From contig CAZCCN010000002.1 of the NCBI GenBank assembly GCA_964497085.1, positions 1 to 37,124 of the forward strand: a stretch of DNA of 37,124 bases. The letters run 5' to 3'. Position 1 is the stretch's first letter. The number at the start of each line of letters is the position of its first letter. This DNA is from an uncultured Ferruginibacter sp. GTDB taxonomy: Bacteria; Bacteroidota; Bacteroidia; Chitinophagales; Chitinophagaceae. The translations under genes were made by a program, and so were the position numbers. The notes beneath the pieces were generated by a model. That model ran no database searches. It was not told the DNA's origin and saw only the letters and a list, made by a program, of their open reading frames with translations. Of the stretch, positions 21,437 to 31,373 are shown one piece after another.

Positions 21437-21961
21437 ATGATGCCATCCAACAATTTTGTAGAACAACTGAAGAGCGACAATGAGTTGTTGCAAATTCAGT
21501 TGCAGGATCTTGAATACATGATACGGCTTCGCGAAGAAGAGCTGGAATCTTTGCGTGAAGCGGCGGCGTTGGCTGTTGAATTACAAAGCAGATTGGATAT
21601 CAATCTCCATGAAATAGCCCAGATGCGTGAATTTATTGGTCACCAACAGCAGCAAGCAGCAGGGGCCACCAAAAGAGAAGCTTCGTTAGAATCAGAAATG
21701 TTTCAAAGCGTACAGACGGAAACGGCCTACTATACCATTAAGGAGCAATTCACCAGTACAAAGGCTGCCCTTGCCGATTTGCATCAGCAACTGGCTGAAA
21801 CAACTGCCCTGTATCAACAACTCTCCAATTTAAAATCGAAGGTGGCCTTATTGGAAAGCAGTTTGGCCATTGCCCTTCTTGACAATGGATTTTTGAAAGA
21901 AGAGCTAGACCTCTACAGAAATGAGCATTCCATTGATTCATCACATACAGAAAATGCATAA
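21437..21961 (+). CDS. Hypothetical coiled-coil protein
   Basis: 174-aa ORF rich in L/E/Q/A with heptad periodicity; ends 12 nt before pdxH. Confidence 0.65.
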   Translation: MMPSNNFVEQLKSDNELLQIQLQDLEYMIRLREEELESLREAAALAVELQSRLDINLHEIAQMREFIGHQQQQAAGATKREASLESEMFQSVQTETAYYTIKEQFTSTKAALADLHQQLAETTALYQQLSNLKSKVALLESSLAIALLDNGFLKEELDLYRNEHSIDSSHTENA

Positions 21962-21973
21962 CCAACTATAGTC

Positions 21974-22615
21974 ATGTCCAACCTAGCATCGATTAGAAAA
22001 GAGTATACAGTCGCGTCTCTTTCAGAAACAGATACAGCCGATGATCCGATGGTGCAATTTGATCGTTGGTGGCAGGAAGCCATCAATAGTCAAATTGACG
22101 AGGTCAACGCCATGACGCTTTCCACCGTTAACCAACAGCATCTACCCTCTTCGAGAATTGTACTATTGAAAGGGTATAATCCAAAAGGATTTGTCTTTTT
22201 TACGAATTACAAAAGTCACAAGGCAGCCGATATGGAAAGCAATCCGAATGTTGCATTGGTGTTTTTCTGGAAAGAGTTGGAAAGACAAATTAGAATTGAG
22301 GGGAAGGTGCAAAAAATCAGCGATACAGAAAGCGATGATTATTTTCATTCGAGGCCGATGAGCAGTCAAATTGGCGCCTGGGCTTCTCCCCAAAGTGAGG
22401 TGATTGCATCAAGGGCGCTGTTGGATCAAAACCTTGCCGATGTATCGGCACGATTTGCTCATGAACCAATGACGCGTCCTCCCTTTTGGGGCGGATACAT
22501 TGTACAACCAATGATAATGGAGTTTTGGCAAGGTCGGCCCAGCCGATTGCATGACCGAATTGAATACAGACTGAATAGTGAAGATGTTTGGACAAGAAAC
22601 AGACTTGCTCCCTGA
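21974..22615 (+). CDS. pdxH: Pyridoxamine 5'-phosphate oxidase
   Basis: RIVLLKG, FFTNYKSHK, ERQIRIEG, SQIGAWASPQS, EFWQGRPSRLHDR. Confidence 0.97.
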   Translation: MSNLASIRKEYTVASLSETDTADDPMVQFDRWWQEAINSQIDEVNAMTLSTVNQQHLPSSRIVLLKGYNPKGFVFFTNYKSHKAADMESNPNVALVFFWKELERQIRIEGKVQKISDTESDDYFHSRPMSSQIGAWASPQSEVIASRALLDQNLADVSARFAHEPMTRPPFWGGYIVQPMIMEFWQGRPSRLHDRIEYRLNSEDVWTRNRLAP

Positions 22616-22623
22616 TAGATAGC

Positions 22624-22667
22624 AAAAAGCTGATAAGTGAATTGACCATCAAATCACTTATCAACTT
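22624..22667 (-). terminator. Long inverted repeat / terminator between convergent pdxH and thx
   Basis: Minus strand AAGTTGATAAGTGA-TTTGATGGTCAAT-TCACTTATCAGCTT then TTT. Confidence 0.7.
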
Positions 22668-22673
22668 AGAATA

Positions 22674-22826
22674 TTATTTGCTTTTTTTAGCTGCGGCCTT
22701 TTTGGGGGCTGCTGCTTTTTTGGCTGCTGGCGCAGCTTTTGTAGCTTTTACTTTAGCGGGTCTGCTTTTTCCAAAGCTTCCGGCAAAAATCTTTCCTTTT
22801 TTTGTTTTAATGTCTCCGCGTCCCAT
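22674..22826 (-). CDS. 30S ribosomal protein THX (bS31) with Ala/Lys/Pro-rich tail; absent from the ORF track
   Basis: Manual translation MGRGDIKTKKGKIFAGSFGKSRPAKVKATKAAPAAKKAAAPKKAAAKKSK*; matches the THX consensus G(K/R)GD..T..GKI..G(S/T).GK.RP. Confidence 0.92.
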   Translation of the reverse strand: MGRGDIKTKKGKIFAGSFGKSRPAKVKATKAAPAAKKAAAPKKAAAKKSK

Positions 22827-22858
22827 GTTGAAGTGTATTTAGGTTCAGTAAATGTAAT

Positions 22859-22893
22859 AAAAAAGCAAGACACTGTAAGCGCCTTGCTTTTTT
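22859..22893 (-). terminator. Intrinsic terminator after HU
   Basis: Minus strand AAAAAAGCAAGGCGC-TTACA-GTGTCTTGCTTTTTT. Confidence 0.8.
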
Positions 22894-22908
22894 ACGGTTG
22901 AAAGTAGA

Positions 22909-23178
22909 TTAGATCTTAGCAGACAATTCTTTACCTGCTTTAAACTTAGCAACTTTCTTAGCTTTGATTTTGATAACCGCACCAGTTTGAGGGTTGCGAC
23001 CGTTACGAGCAGCTCTTTTTGAAACCGAGAAAGTTCCAAAACCTACCAACGTAACTTTGTTACCACTTTTCAATGTTTTTGTTACTGCTTCGATAAAAGA
23101 ATCTACAGCAGCGTTCGCTTGAGTTTTTGTAATCTCAGCGTCATCAGCAATTTTTGCAATTAATTCAGCTTTGTTCAT
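22909..23178 (-). CDS. hup: DNA-binding protein HU
   Basis: [33 protein letters not shown]. Confidence 0.98.
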   Translation of the reverse strand: MNKAELIAKIADDAEITKTQANAAVDSFIEAVTKTLKSGNKVTLVGFGTFSVSKRAARNGRNPQTGAVIKIKAKKVAKFKAGKELSAKI

Positions 23179-23208
23179 AATAAAGTTTTTGATGAATTAT
23201 AACTAGAA

Positions 23209-23239
23209 CAAATATAGAAGGTTTTTAATTCCAACAAAA
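23209..23239 (-). promoter_or_regulatory. HU promoter (-33 TTTG and -7 TATATTTG)
   Basis: Minus strand TTTTGTTGG...TATATTTG, about 30 nt upstream of the ATG. Confidence 0.65.
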
Positions 23240-23472
23240 TTTTTTTATTACAATTCGGTCATTTTCAAAACGGCTAGAAATCACATTTGGTGGGGTTTTG
23301 AGCCATCCCATCGAATTTTATAAGAAATCATTGGAAACGCTTGACTCAATGAAACCCTTGCTGGTATTGGGTTTCACAAATATTCGCTTGCAATCCTTTG
23401 TGGACAAGCACTTGAGGGTATTATACTTAAAATAAACCAACAAAAAAATAGATTCATTATTGTTTTGCACAA

Positions 23473-23778
23473 TTAGTTAACAACCTCCATGAAGGACCGA
23501 AAAGCAATAAAAGCATCGCCCCATTTGTCAAAAGATTTTTGTCGCAGGTGGGCTGCGTGTTTTTCAATGTATAGGTTATAAGACGCCTTGCTCGGTGCCT
23601 TGTATTGAATGGCGTAAGTGGGTCCTTCAGAATCGTCTACCTCCAACAACCTCAAAATGGTGGCATGGGTGAAGCAATCGGTTTGTAGCACCTCCGGGAT
23701 GTGTTCTTGCTGTAGCCAGTTGAGCCAATCAGCTGCAATTTCATCTTTAACCTTAATGGTTACATTGTATATGAACAT
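23473..23778 (-). CDS. DUF4286 family protein
   Basis: MFIYNVT..WLNWLQQEHIPEV..GPTYAIQY..AFRSFMEVV. Confidence 0.85.
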   Translation of the reverse strand: MFIYNVTIKVKDEIAADWLNWLQQEHIPEVLQTDCFTHATILRLLEVDDSEGPTYAIQYKAPSKASYNLYIEKHAAHLRQKSFDKWGDAFIAFRSFMEVVN

Positions 23779-23781
23779 ATC

Positions 23782-24558
23782 TTATGATTTGATTTTCAGG
23801 TACACAGGACAATGGTCGCTGTGTTTGACATCCGGGAAAATATCTGCGTCCACCAGTTGTTTTTCCAAAGGCTTTGTCACACAGCAGTAGTCAATTCTCC
23901 ATCCTTTGTTGTTGAGCCTGACACTCGGAAAACGCTGGCTCCACCAGCTGTACCGATGGGGCTCAGGGTGAAAATGACGAAAACTGTCAATCCATCCGGA
24001 AGCAAGGAATTTGGTCATCCAGGCCCGTTCTTCCGGTAAAAAGCCGGATGACTTTTTATTGCCTTTTGGATCGTGGATATCTATTTCCTCGTGAGCGATG
24101 TTGTAATCTCCGCACAAGATGATTTTTGGGTTCTTCTTTTTTACTTTCTCCAGGTAATCGTACATCTCGTCAAGCCACTGGTATTTATAGGATTGTCGCT
24201 CTTCGCCAGAAGTGCCCGAAGGAAAGTACGCATTGATCAGTTTGATGTCGCCGAATTGCATTTCTATGACCCTGCCTTCAAAATCGCTCATTTCAAATCC
24301 GTTTCCTGTTTTCACGGATGTCGGCTTGATTTTCGTGAAAATGGCCACCCCGCTGTAACCCTTTTTCCCTGCACTGAACCAATGGTGCTCATATCCCAAT
24401 GCCTCGAGCGCTTGTACATCAACATCCCCATTGTTTGCTTTGGTTTCTTGAAGACAAATCACCTCTGCGGGGTTGGTAGCGAGCCAATCGTACAATCCTT
24501 TTTTGATGGCTGCCCGAATGCCGTTGACATTGTAACTGATGATTCGAATGTTTTTCAT
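23782..24558 (-). CDS. xth: Exodeoxyribonuclease III (AP endonuclease)
   Basis: SYNVNGIRA, CLQETK, GYSGVA, GDYNIAH, GWRIDY, SDHCP. Confidence 0.97.
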   Translation of the reverse strand: MKNIRIISYNVNGIRAAIKKGLYDWLATNPAEVICLQETKANNGDVDVQALEALGYEHHWFSAGKKGYSGVAIFTKIKPTSVKTGNGFEMSDFEGRVIEMQFGDIKLINAYFPSGTSGEERQSYKYQWLDEMYDYLEKVKKKNPKIILCGDYNIAHEEIDIHDPKGNKKSSGFLPEERAWMTKFLASGWIDSFRHFHPEPHRYSWWSQRFPSVRLNNKGWRIDYCCVTKPLEKQLVDADIFPDVKHSDHCPVYLKIKS

Positions 24559-24641
24559 TGGATGGCAATTTACTTTTAAAAATCCATCCTTTGCTACATG
24601 TATTTTTTACACATTGTTGGTATCTTCACAAAAAATACCAC

Positions 24642-26786
24642 ATGTCACTACCTAAATCTTTTGCATTATTTCTGCTATTGATCATCCATCAATTGGCATG
24701 GGCCGACCAAGGAATTACGGTACAGTCCCCCAATGGCAAGATTCAGTTAACGGTTCAGCGCAGCAATAAGGGGGTGATTTCCTATATGGTAGACATGAAG
24801 GGCGCTCGGGTCATTAATCCCTCTACCCTTGGCATGAAATTGCAAAAGCCTGCCGTGGCATTGACACAATTTGACATCGTTTCTGTCGACACATCTTCTA
24901 CGGATCAAACCTGGAAACCGGTATGGGGTGAACAAAGCCTGATCCGCAACCAGTATAAACAAGTCTCGCTTACCCTCAAAGACCAAAGCGGTTCGGGGAT
25001 TCAACTGGTAATCGTATTTAGGGTGTTCAATGAGGGAGTAGGATTCCGGTATGAATTTCCATCGCAAGAAAACCTGAATCATTTTGTGGTGGCAGATGAA
25101 TGTACCCAATTTGCCATGACAGGCGACCACAAAGCATTCTGGATTCCCGGAGATTACGATACCAACGAATATGCTTATTATGAAACCAAGCTGAGTCAGA
25201 TAGATGCCACAGGCGGCGGAAAATCACAGGAGATTTATGCCAAAACCTTTTTTGATACCAATGCGGTTCAAACACCCTTGATGATGAAGGCAACAAAGGG
25301 ATTCTATTTGAATATTCACGAAGCTGCATTGATCAACTATCCGGCCATGAATTTGGTGCTGGACAAATCCTCTATGACCTTTCATTCGCAATTGGTTCCG
25401 GATGCATTTGGCAATAAAGCGTATTTGCAAACACCGTCCACCACTCCTTGGCGTACGATTATTGTCAGCGACAAGGCACCCGATATTTTAATGTCCCGAA
25501 TGATTCTGAACCTGAACGAGCCAACCAAATACACAGATGTGTCATGGATCAAGCCGCAGAAATTCGTCGGCGTTTGGTGGGAAATGCATGTGGGCGTTGC
25601 CAGCTGGGATTTGGCCAGAAGCCAGACGGCTTCACCTTCTGCAAAAAAAGTTTGGCATGGAGCCAACACAGCCAATGTGAAAAAATACATCGACTTCGCC
25701 GCCAAGAACGGCATCGATGGGGTGTTGGTCGAAGGCTGGAATACCGGATGGGAAGACTGGTTTGGCCAATGGAAAGAGGATGTGTTTGATTTTGTCACAC
25801 CCTATCCCGATTTCAATGTGGCAGAATTGTCTGCCTATGCAAAATCTAAAGGCGTACAGATGATCATGCACCACGAAACATCTGCTTCTGTGACCAACTA
25901 TGAAAGACAGATGGATACGGCGTACCGCTTCATGAAGCAGCATGGATATAATGCTGTGAAAACAGGCTATGTGGGTCATATCATTCCAAGGGGAGAGCAC
26001 CACGATGGCCAATGGATGGTGAAACACTACGAAAGAGTGGCCCAGAAAACAGGATCGTATCACATTATGGTGGATATGCATGAACCAGTTCGACCAACCG
26101 GCTTACACAGAACTTATCCCAACTTCCTTGCTTGCGAAGCGGCCAGGGGCAATGAATTCAACGCCTGGAGCAGTGGCAACCCGCCCGATCATGAAACGAT
26201 ATTGCCCTTTACCCGATTGATGGGTGGTCCGATGGATTACACACCCGGAATTTTCAAAATCAAAATGAATTATTACGATTCAGCTAAAAAAGAGCAAGTA
26301 CATACCACGCTGACCAAACAATTGGCCTTGTATGTTACGATGTATAGCCCACTTCAAATGGCAGCAGACCTTCCTGAAAATTATGAAGCCCATCCAGATG
26401 CGTTTCAGTTCATTAAAGATGTGGCCGTGGACTGGGATGATACCAAAGTGCTGGATGCTGAACCGGGTGACTACATCATCGAAGCGCGCAAGGCCAAAGG
26501 AAAAGACAATTGGTTCTTGGGTGCCATCACCGATGAAAATGCAAGAAAATTAAAAGCTTCGCTGTCGTTTTTAGACCCACATACGAAGTACGTGGCCACA
26601 GTATACCGAGATGCCAACCACGCAGACTGGAAAAAAAATCCGGAAGCGTATGTGATTGAACGTTTTGTGGTAGACGCGTCTACCAGATTGTCCTTGCAGC
26701 TTGCGCCAGGAGGCGGTACAGCCGTGAGTATGATTCCGGCTACCAAAGAGGATATGAAGCTGATTCGCAGGTATAAACACCGGTAG
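24642..26786 (+). CDS. Glycoside hydrolase family 97 (SusB-like alpha-glucosidase)
   Basis: Signal peptide from ATG 24642, IHEAAL, VGVWWEMH, LVEGWN.GWE, MHHET, DMHE, EAARGNE, GPMDYTPG, YSPLQMAAD. Confidence 0.93.
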   Translation: MSLPKSFALFLLLIIHQLAWADQGITVQSPNGKIQLTVQRSNKGVISYMVDMKGARVINPSTLGMKLQKPAVALTQFDIVSVDTSSTDQTWKPVWGEQSLIRNQYKQVSLTLKDQSGSGIQLVIVFRVFNEGVGFRYEFPSQENLNHFVVADECTQFAMTGDHKAFWIPGDYDTNEYAYYETKLSQIDATGGGKSQEIYAKTFFDTNAVQTPLMMKATKGFYLNIHEAALINYPAMNLVLDKSSMTFHSQLVPDAFGNKAYLQTPSTTPWRTIIVSDKAPDILMSRMILNLNEPTKYTDVSWIKPQKFVGVWWEMHVGVASWDLARSQTASPSAKKVWHGANTANVKKYIDFAAKNGIDGVLVEGWNTGWEDWFGQWKEDVFDFVTPYPDFNVAELSAYAKSKGVQMIMHHETSASVTNYERQMDTAYRFMKQHGYNAVKTGYVGHIIPRGEHHDGQWMVKHYERVAQKTGSYHIMVDMHEPVRPTGLHRTYPNFLACEAARGNEFNAWSSGNPPDHETILPFTRLMGGPMDYTPGIFKIKMNYYDSAKKEQVHTTLTKQLALYVTMYSPLQMAADLPENYEAHPDAFQFIKDVAVDWDDTKVLDAEPGDYIIEARKAKGKDNWFLGAITDENARKLKASLSFLDPHTKYVATVYRDANHADWKKNPEAYVIERFVVDASTRLSLQLAPGGGTAVSMIPATKEDMKLIRRYKHR

Positions 26787-29486
26787 TTATTCCAAGACGG
26801 GTCTGAGCCATTTTGTAGCCTCTTCGATGGAGATGTCTTTTCTTTTGGCATAATCTTCCAATTGATCTTTTTCAATTTTACCGATACCGAAATATTTACT
26901 GTCGGGGTGTGCAAAATACCAGCCACAAACAGAAGAAGCGGGGTACATCGCAAGAGATTCTGTTAGACGAATGCCGGTGGCCGATTCGCCTCCGAGTAAA
27001 TCAAACAATTTAATTTTTTCGGTATGATCCGGACACGCCGGGTATCCGGGTGCCGGACGGATGCCACTATAGGATTCATTGATTAAATCTTCATTGGTTA
27101 AAGCTTCTTCGTGGGCATATCCCCAATATTCTTTTCTGGTTTGTTGGTGCACATATTCGGCAAACGCTTCGGCTAACCGATCGGCAAGTGCTTGCAAGAT
27201 GATTTTATTGTAATCATCCAGGTTTTCTTCCATTCTTTTGATATGCGGTTCAATGCCATCAATCGTTACGGCAAACGCACCGATGTAATCTTTCTTTGTC
27301 GGATGGATAAAATCAGCCAATGACAAATTGGGTTGATCGGCTGCCTTTTTGCTTTGTTGCCTTAAAAATTCCAATGTCACCGATTGTGTCTTTGTTTCCA
27401 CCCGAATGCTGTCAGGCCCTGTTTTCTCAACTTCCCAGAATCCAATGGTGGCTTTGGCATTCAACCATTTTTCATCCATAATTTGTTTCAACAGAACACG
27501 GGCATCCTGGTATAATTTGGTGGCTTCTTTTCCGACGATGGAGTCGGATAATATTGCCGGAAATTTTCCATGCATTTCCCAAGCAATAAAAAAGGGCTGC
27601 CAGTCAATATAAGCAGCGATTGATTCCAGTGGATAATCCTTGAATGTTTTGGTTCCTAAGAAAGACGGTTTAGTGGGGGTAAATTCGCTCCATGCAATGT
27701 TCACAGGATTTTTTTGTGCTTCTGAAAAAGGAATCCATTGTTTCACTGATTTTTTGTTTCCAAAATCAGCTTGCAATTGTTGGTAGGCTGTTTTGATTTC
27801 TTCCATGAAGGGCGTTTTTGCTTCTTTGTTGAGCAACGAGCCTGCCACCGTTACACTGCGAGATGCATCCAACACGTGTACCACCCCGTGGGTGTATTCA
27901 GGAGCTATTTTTACAGCTGTGTGCATGCGGCTTGTGGTGGCGCCACCAATCAGCAATGGTATGTTCAATTGCAGCCTGGTCATTTCTTTGGCAATGTGAA
28001 CCATTTCATCCAAAGAAGGCGTGATCAAGCCACTCAGTCCTATGATATCCACCTGGTGTTTCTGTGCTTCCGAAAGAATTTTATCTGCGGGCACCATCAC
28101 GCCCAAATCAATGATGTCATATCCATTACAACCGAGTACAACACCCACAATGTTTTTTCCAATATCGTGCACATCACCCTTCACGGTCGCCAATAATATT
28201 TTGGCGGGTCCCTTGCTCTCTTGTACACTCAGCCCGTTGGCCTTCTGGTTGTTTCGGTCGGCTTTTTCCTGTTCTATATAAGGAGTAAGTACAGCTACTG
28301 CTTTTTTCATCACCCTGGCACTCTTCACTACTTGCGGCAAAAACATTTTACCGGCCCCAAACAAGTCGCCAACTATATTCATACCATCCATCAACGGGCC
28401 TTCAATCACATCCAGCGGGGCAGGATACTGCAACCTGGCTTCTTCTGTATCGGCGTCAATATAATCTGTAATGCCATGAACCAATGCGTGGGCAATTCTT
28501 TTTTGAACGGTTTCTTTTCTCCAAGACTCATCTTTCACCAATTCTTTTCCCTTTGCTTTGACCGTTTCAGCAAATTGAATCAGTTTTTCAGTGGCGCCAT
28601 TGTCATCGTTGTTTCGGTTGAGGATAACGTCTTCGCACAATTGTTTCAACGTGGGTTCAATATCATCATAAATCACTAATTGCCCTGCATTGACAATCCC
28701 CATATCCATGCCCGCCCGAATCGCATGGTATAAAAACACACTGTGGATGGCCTCCCTTACATGATCGTTTCCCCTGAATGAAAAAGACACGTTGCTCACG
28801 CCGCCACTTACTTTTACCAGTGGCATACGTCTTTTGATCTCGCGGGTCGCTTCTATGAAATCAACCGCATAATTATTGTGCTCCTCAATGCCGGTAGCAA
28901 TCGCAAAAATGTTGGGATCAAATATAATGTCCTGTGGATCGTAACCAACGGTTTCGGTCAATAGTTGATAGGCCCTGGAACAAATGGCAACTTTTCTGTC
29001 CTTTGTATCCGCTTGTCCTATTTCATCAAAAGCCATTACAATGACTGCGGCGCCATATCTTTTACAAATCTGGGCGTGTTTGATGAATGCCGCTTCTCCT
29101 TCTTTGAGTGAAATGGAATTGACAATGCATTTGCCTTGTACGCATTTTAAGCCCGCTTCAATGATTTCAAATTTGCTACTATCGAGCATGACCGGAATTT
29201 TAGCAATATCCGGCTCTGCTTGTAACAAATTCAAAAAGGTGGTCATCGCGACTACGCCATCCAACAACGCATCATCCATATTGATGTCCAGGATTTGTGC
29301 GCCATTTTCAACTTGCTGTCTCGCCACGCTCAGCGCCTCTTCGTATAATCCTTCCCTGATGAGTCTGGCAAATTTCTTACTGCCTGTCACATTGGTGCGT
29401 TCGCCCACGTTCACAAAGTTGGTTTCGGGACGCACAATGAGTGGTTCCAGTCCGCTCAATCTTAAATATGGATGAATGATTGCCAT
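26787..29486 (-). CDS. metH: Cobalamin-dependent methionine synthase, C-terminal part (pterin-binding, B12-binding, activation domains)
   Basis: [32 protein letters not shown] (DxHxxG), [20 protein letters not shown]. Confidence 0.97.
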   Translation of the reverse strand: MAIIHPYLRLSGLEPLIVRPETNFVNVGERTNVTGSKKFARLIREGLYEEALSVARQQVENGAQILDINMDDALLDGVVAMTTFLNLLQAEPDIAKIPVMLDSSKFEIIEAGLKCVQGKCIVNSISLKEGEAAFIKHAQICKRYGAAVIVMAFDEIGQADTKDRKVAICSRAYQLLTETVGYDPQDIIFDPNIFAIATGIEEHNNYAVDFIEATREIKRRMPLVKVSGGVSNVSFSFRGNDHVREAIHSVFLYHAIRAGMDMGIVNAGQLVIYDDIEPTLKQLCEDVILNRNNDDNGATEKLIQFAETVKAKGKELVKDESWRKETVQKRIAHALVHGITDYIDADTEEARLQYPAPLDVIEGPLMDGMNIVGDLFGAGKMFLPQVVKSARVMKKAVAVLTPYIEQEKADRNNQKANGLSVQESKGPAKILLATVKGDVHDIGKNIVGVVLGCNGYDIIDLGVMVPADKILSEAQKHQVDIIGLSGLITPSLDEMVHIAKEMTRLQLNIPLLIGGATTSRMHTAVKIAPEYTHGVVHVLDASRSVTVAGSLLNKEAKTPFMEEIKTAYQQLQADFGNKKSVKQWIPFSEAQKNPVNIAWSEFTPTKPSFLGTKTFKDYPLESIAAYIDWQPFFIAWEMHGKFPAILSDSIVGKEATKLYQDARVLLKQIMDEKWLNAKATIGFWEVEKTGPDSIRVETKTQSVTLEFLRQQSKKAADQPNLSLADFIHPTKKDYIGAFAVTIDGIEPHIKRMEENLDDYNKIILQALADRLAEAFAEYVHQQTRKEYWGYAHEEALTNEDLINESYSGIRPAPGYPACPDHTEKIKLFDLLGGESATGIRLTESLAMYPASSVCGWYFAHPDSKYFGIGKIEKDQLEDYAKRKDISIEEATKWLRPVLE

Positions 29487-29499
29487 TTCTTCTGTTGAT

Positions 29500-30510
29500 T
29501 TATTGCGCTGCGATGCTCGGTAATGGTCTTGGTGTATATTGTTTTACTTCTTCTGCAATGTGTCGAATGTGATCGGGTGTGGTTCCGCAACAACCACCCA
29601 CAATATTGACAAAGCCTTCTTTCGCCCATTCCTCAATGATATGGGCGGTTTCATGCGGCTGTTCATCATACTCACCAAACGCATTGGGCAAACCAGCGTT
29701 GGGATAAGCAGATGTGTAGCAACCGGCAATGGCAGACAATTCTTCAATATGAGGCCGCATTTCTTTGGCGCCCAGGGCGCAGTTCAGTCCAATGCTCAGC
29801 GGTTTCGCATGCATCACAGAAATATAAAACGCTTCCAGGGTTTGACCACTCAAGGTTCTGCCACTTGCATCAGTGATGGTGCCGCTGATCATGATGGGCA
29901 ATGCCGGCTTGCCTGTTTCATGAAAAAACTTTTGGATGGCATAGATGGCAGCTTTCGCATTGAGGGTGTCAAAAATGGTTTCCACCAATAATATATCCAC
30001 CCCACCTGCTACGAGTCCGCTAATTTGTTCGGTATATGCTTCTACTACTTCATCAAAATACACGGCCCTGTAACCGGGATTGTTGACATCGGGTGACAGC
30101 GAAAGTGTTTTGTTCAATGGGCCGATCGCCCCTGCAACAAAGCGCGGCTTTTCCGGCTGTTGCAGGGTATAAGCATCAGCTGCTTGGCGGGCACAACGGG
30201 CAGCTTCCAGGTTCAGTTCGTAAGCCAAGGATTGCATGTCATAGTCTGCTTGTGCAATGGAAGTACTGCTGAAAGTATTGGTTTCAATAATATCAGCCCC
30301 TGCAGCAAGGTATTGTTCATGAATAGAGGTAATCAAAGCCGGCTGGGTAATACATAAGAGGTCGTTGTTGCCCTTTACGTCTTTGTGCCAATGCGCAAAG
30401 CGTTCTCCCCTGTAATCTTTTTCTTCCAGTTTTTGTCGCTGAATCATGGTGCCCATCGCGCCATCAATGATCAGGATTCGTTCGCGTAAAATATTTGCAA
30501 TGTTGCTCAT
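29500..30510 (-). CDS. Homocysteine S-methyltransferase domain (N-terminal part of split MetH)
   Basis: [51 protein letters not shown]. Confidence 0.96.
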   Translation of the reverse strand: MSNIANILRERILIIDGAMGTMIQRQKLEEKDYRGERFAHWHKDVKGNNDLLCITQPALITSIHEQYLAAGADIIETNTFSSTSIAQADYDMQSLAYELNLEAARCARQAADAYTLQQPEKPRFVAGAIGPLNKTLSLSPDVNNPGYRAVYFDEVVEAYTEQISGLVAGGVDILLVETIFDTLNAKAAIYAIQKFFHETGKPALPIMISGTITDASGRTLSGQTLEAFYISVMHAKPLSIGLNCALGAKEMRPHIEELSAIAGCYTSAYPNAGLPNAFGEYDEQPHETAHIIEEWAKEGFVNIVGGCCGTTPDHIRHIAEEVKQYTPRPLPSIAAQ

Positions 30511-30639
30511 GGTTGTTTCTATCAGTTGTCATTCGTTTGAATAAGAACATTCATCACAGCGGGTTCTTATAACAAATCTTTCCAAACAATCAACTTGTAT
30601 AAACGAGGCGTATAACCTGTGGAGGGAGGTGGGATGGCC

Positions 30640-30706
30640 GATCGTTTATTAGTTCAATGGTAGGAAAGTCACTGCGGTTGAACAATAAACAAATCCGCCG
30701 CAATGC
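30640..30706 (-). ncRNA. Putative SAM riboswitch aptamer (SAM-II/SAM-V-like H-type pseudoknot)
   Basis: P1 CAUUGCGG/CCGCAGUG; loop GAUUUG-UUU-AUUGUUCAA pairs with downstream UUGAAC-U-AAU; located between a TAGCTTTG promoter and the metH genes. Confidence 0.7.
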
Positions 30707-30712
30707 TGGTTG

Positions 30713-30745
30713 CAAAGCTATAACAAGAAAGGGAGAACACAAAAT
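30713..30745 (-). promoter_or_regulatory. metH promoter (-33 TTTG, -7 TAGCTTTG)
   Basis: Minus strand TTTTGTG...TAGCTTTGC, an exact TAnnTTTG match. Confidence 0.7.
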
Positions 30746-30749
30746 GATA

Positions 30750-31373
30750 TTAACCTATGGTAGATATATAATGCTCGATCGGGATGCGGTTGCTGATGCT
30801 TTTGGCCAGTGTCATCTCATCGGCATACTCCAGTTCGCCACCAAATGCGATGCCCCTAGCAATGGTGGTTATTTTAACCGGCAGGTCTTTTAACTTTCGG
30901 CCTATGTAATAGACGGTGGTGTCTCCCTGAATGGTTGGATTGAGGGCAAAAATAATTTCCTGTGTCTTGTCTTCGCTCACTCGTTTGATCAAACTGTCAA
31001 TATGGAGTTGTTCCGGGCCTATTCCATCCAAGGGAGAAATGATGCCGCCCAACACATGGTATGTTCCATTGAATTGCTGGGTGCTTTCGATGGCAATCAC
31101 GTCTCGAATGTTTTCCACCACACAAATCAACTCTTTTTTGCGCATTGGATTGCTGCAAATATTGCACACTTCCTTATCAGAAATATTATTACAATGTTTG
31201 CAAAACTTGATCTCCTTTCTCATGGCGCGAATCGCTTCGCTGAAATGCTCCACCGACTTGGCGTCCTGCTGAATCAAATGCAACACAAGTCGCAATGCCG
31301 TTTTTCTGCCAATGCCGGGAAGCTTGGCAAATTCATTCACCGCATTTTCCAATAAAGAAGAAGAGAAAACCAT
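30750..31373 (-). CDS. recR: Recombination mediator RecR
   Basis: LPGIGRKTALRL, CKHC..CNIC, ICVVE, YHVLGG, ELEYADE. Confidence 0.98.
   Translation of the reverse strand: MVFSSSLLENAVNEFAKLPGIGRKTALRLVLHLIQQDAKSVEHFSEAIRAMRKEIKFCKHCNNISDKEVCNICSNPMRKKELICVVENIRDVIAIESTQQFNGTYHVLGGIISPLDGIGPEQLHIDSLIKRVSEDKTQEIIFALNPTIQGDTTVYYIGRKLKDLPVKITTIARGIAFGGELEYADEMTLAKSISNRIPIEHYISTIG

Noticed and set aside
22588-22842. 84-aa plus-strand ORF (FLAAAFLGAAAFL)
   Set aside because: Antisense shadow of the Lys/Ala-rich THX gene
24642-26786. Polysaccharide utilisation locus
   Set aside because: The GH97 gene stands alone, with no susC/susD pair or regulator
30522-30554. Short uORF ([10 protein letters not shown]) in the metH leader as an attenuator peptide
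   Set aside because: Not Met- or Cys-rich and no terminator/antiterminator pair follows
30619-30636. CACCUCC in the metH leader as an anti-SD mimic
   Set aside because: No SD is present at the downstream start for it to pair with; kept only as a C-rich tract
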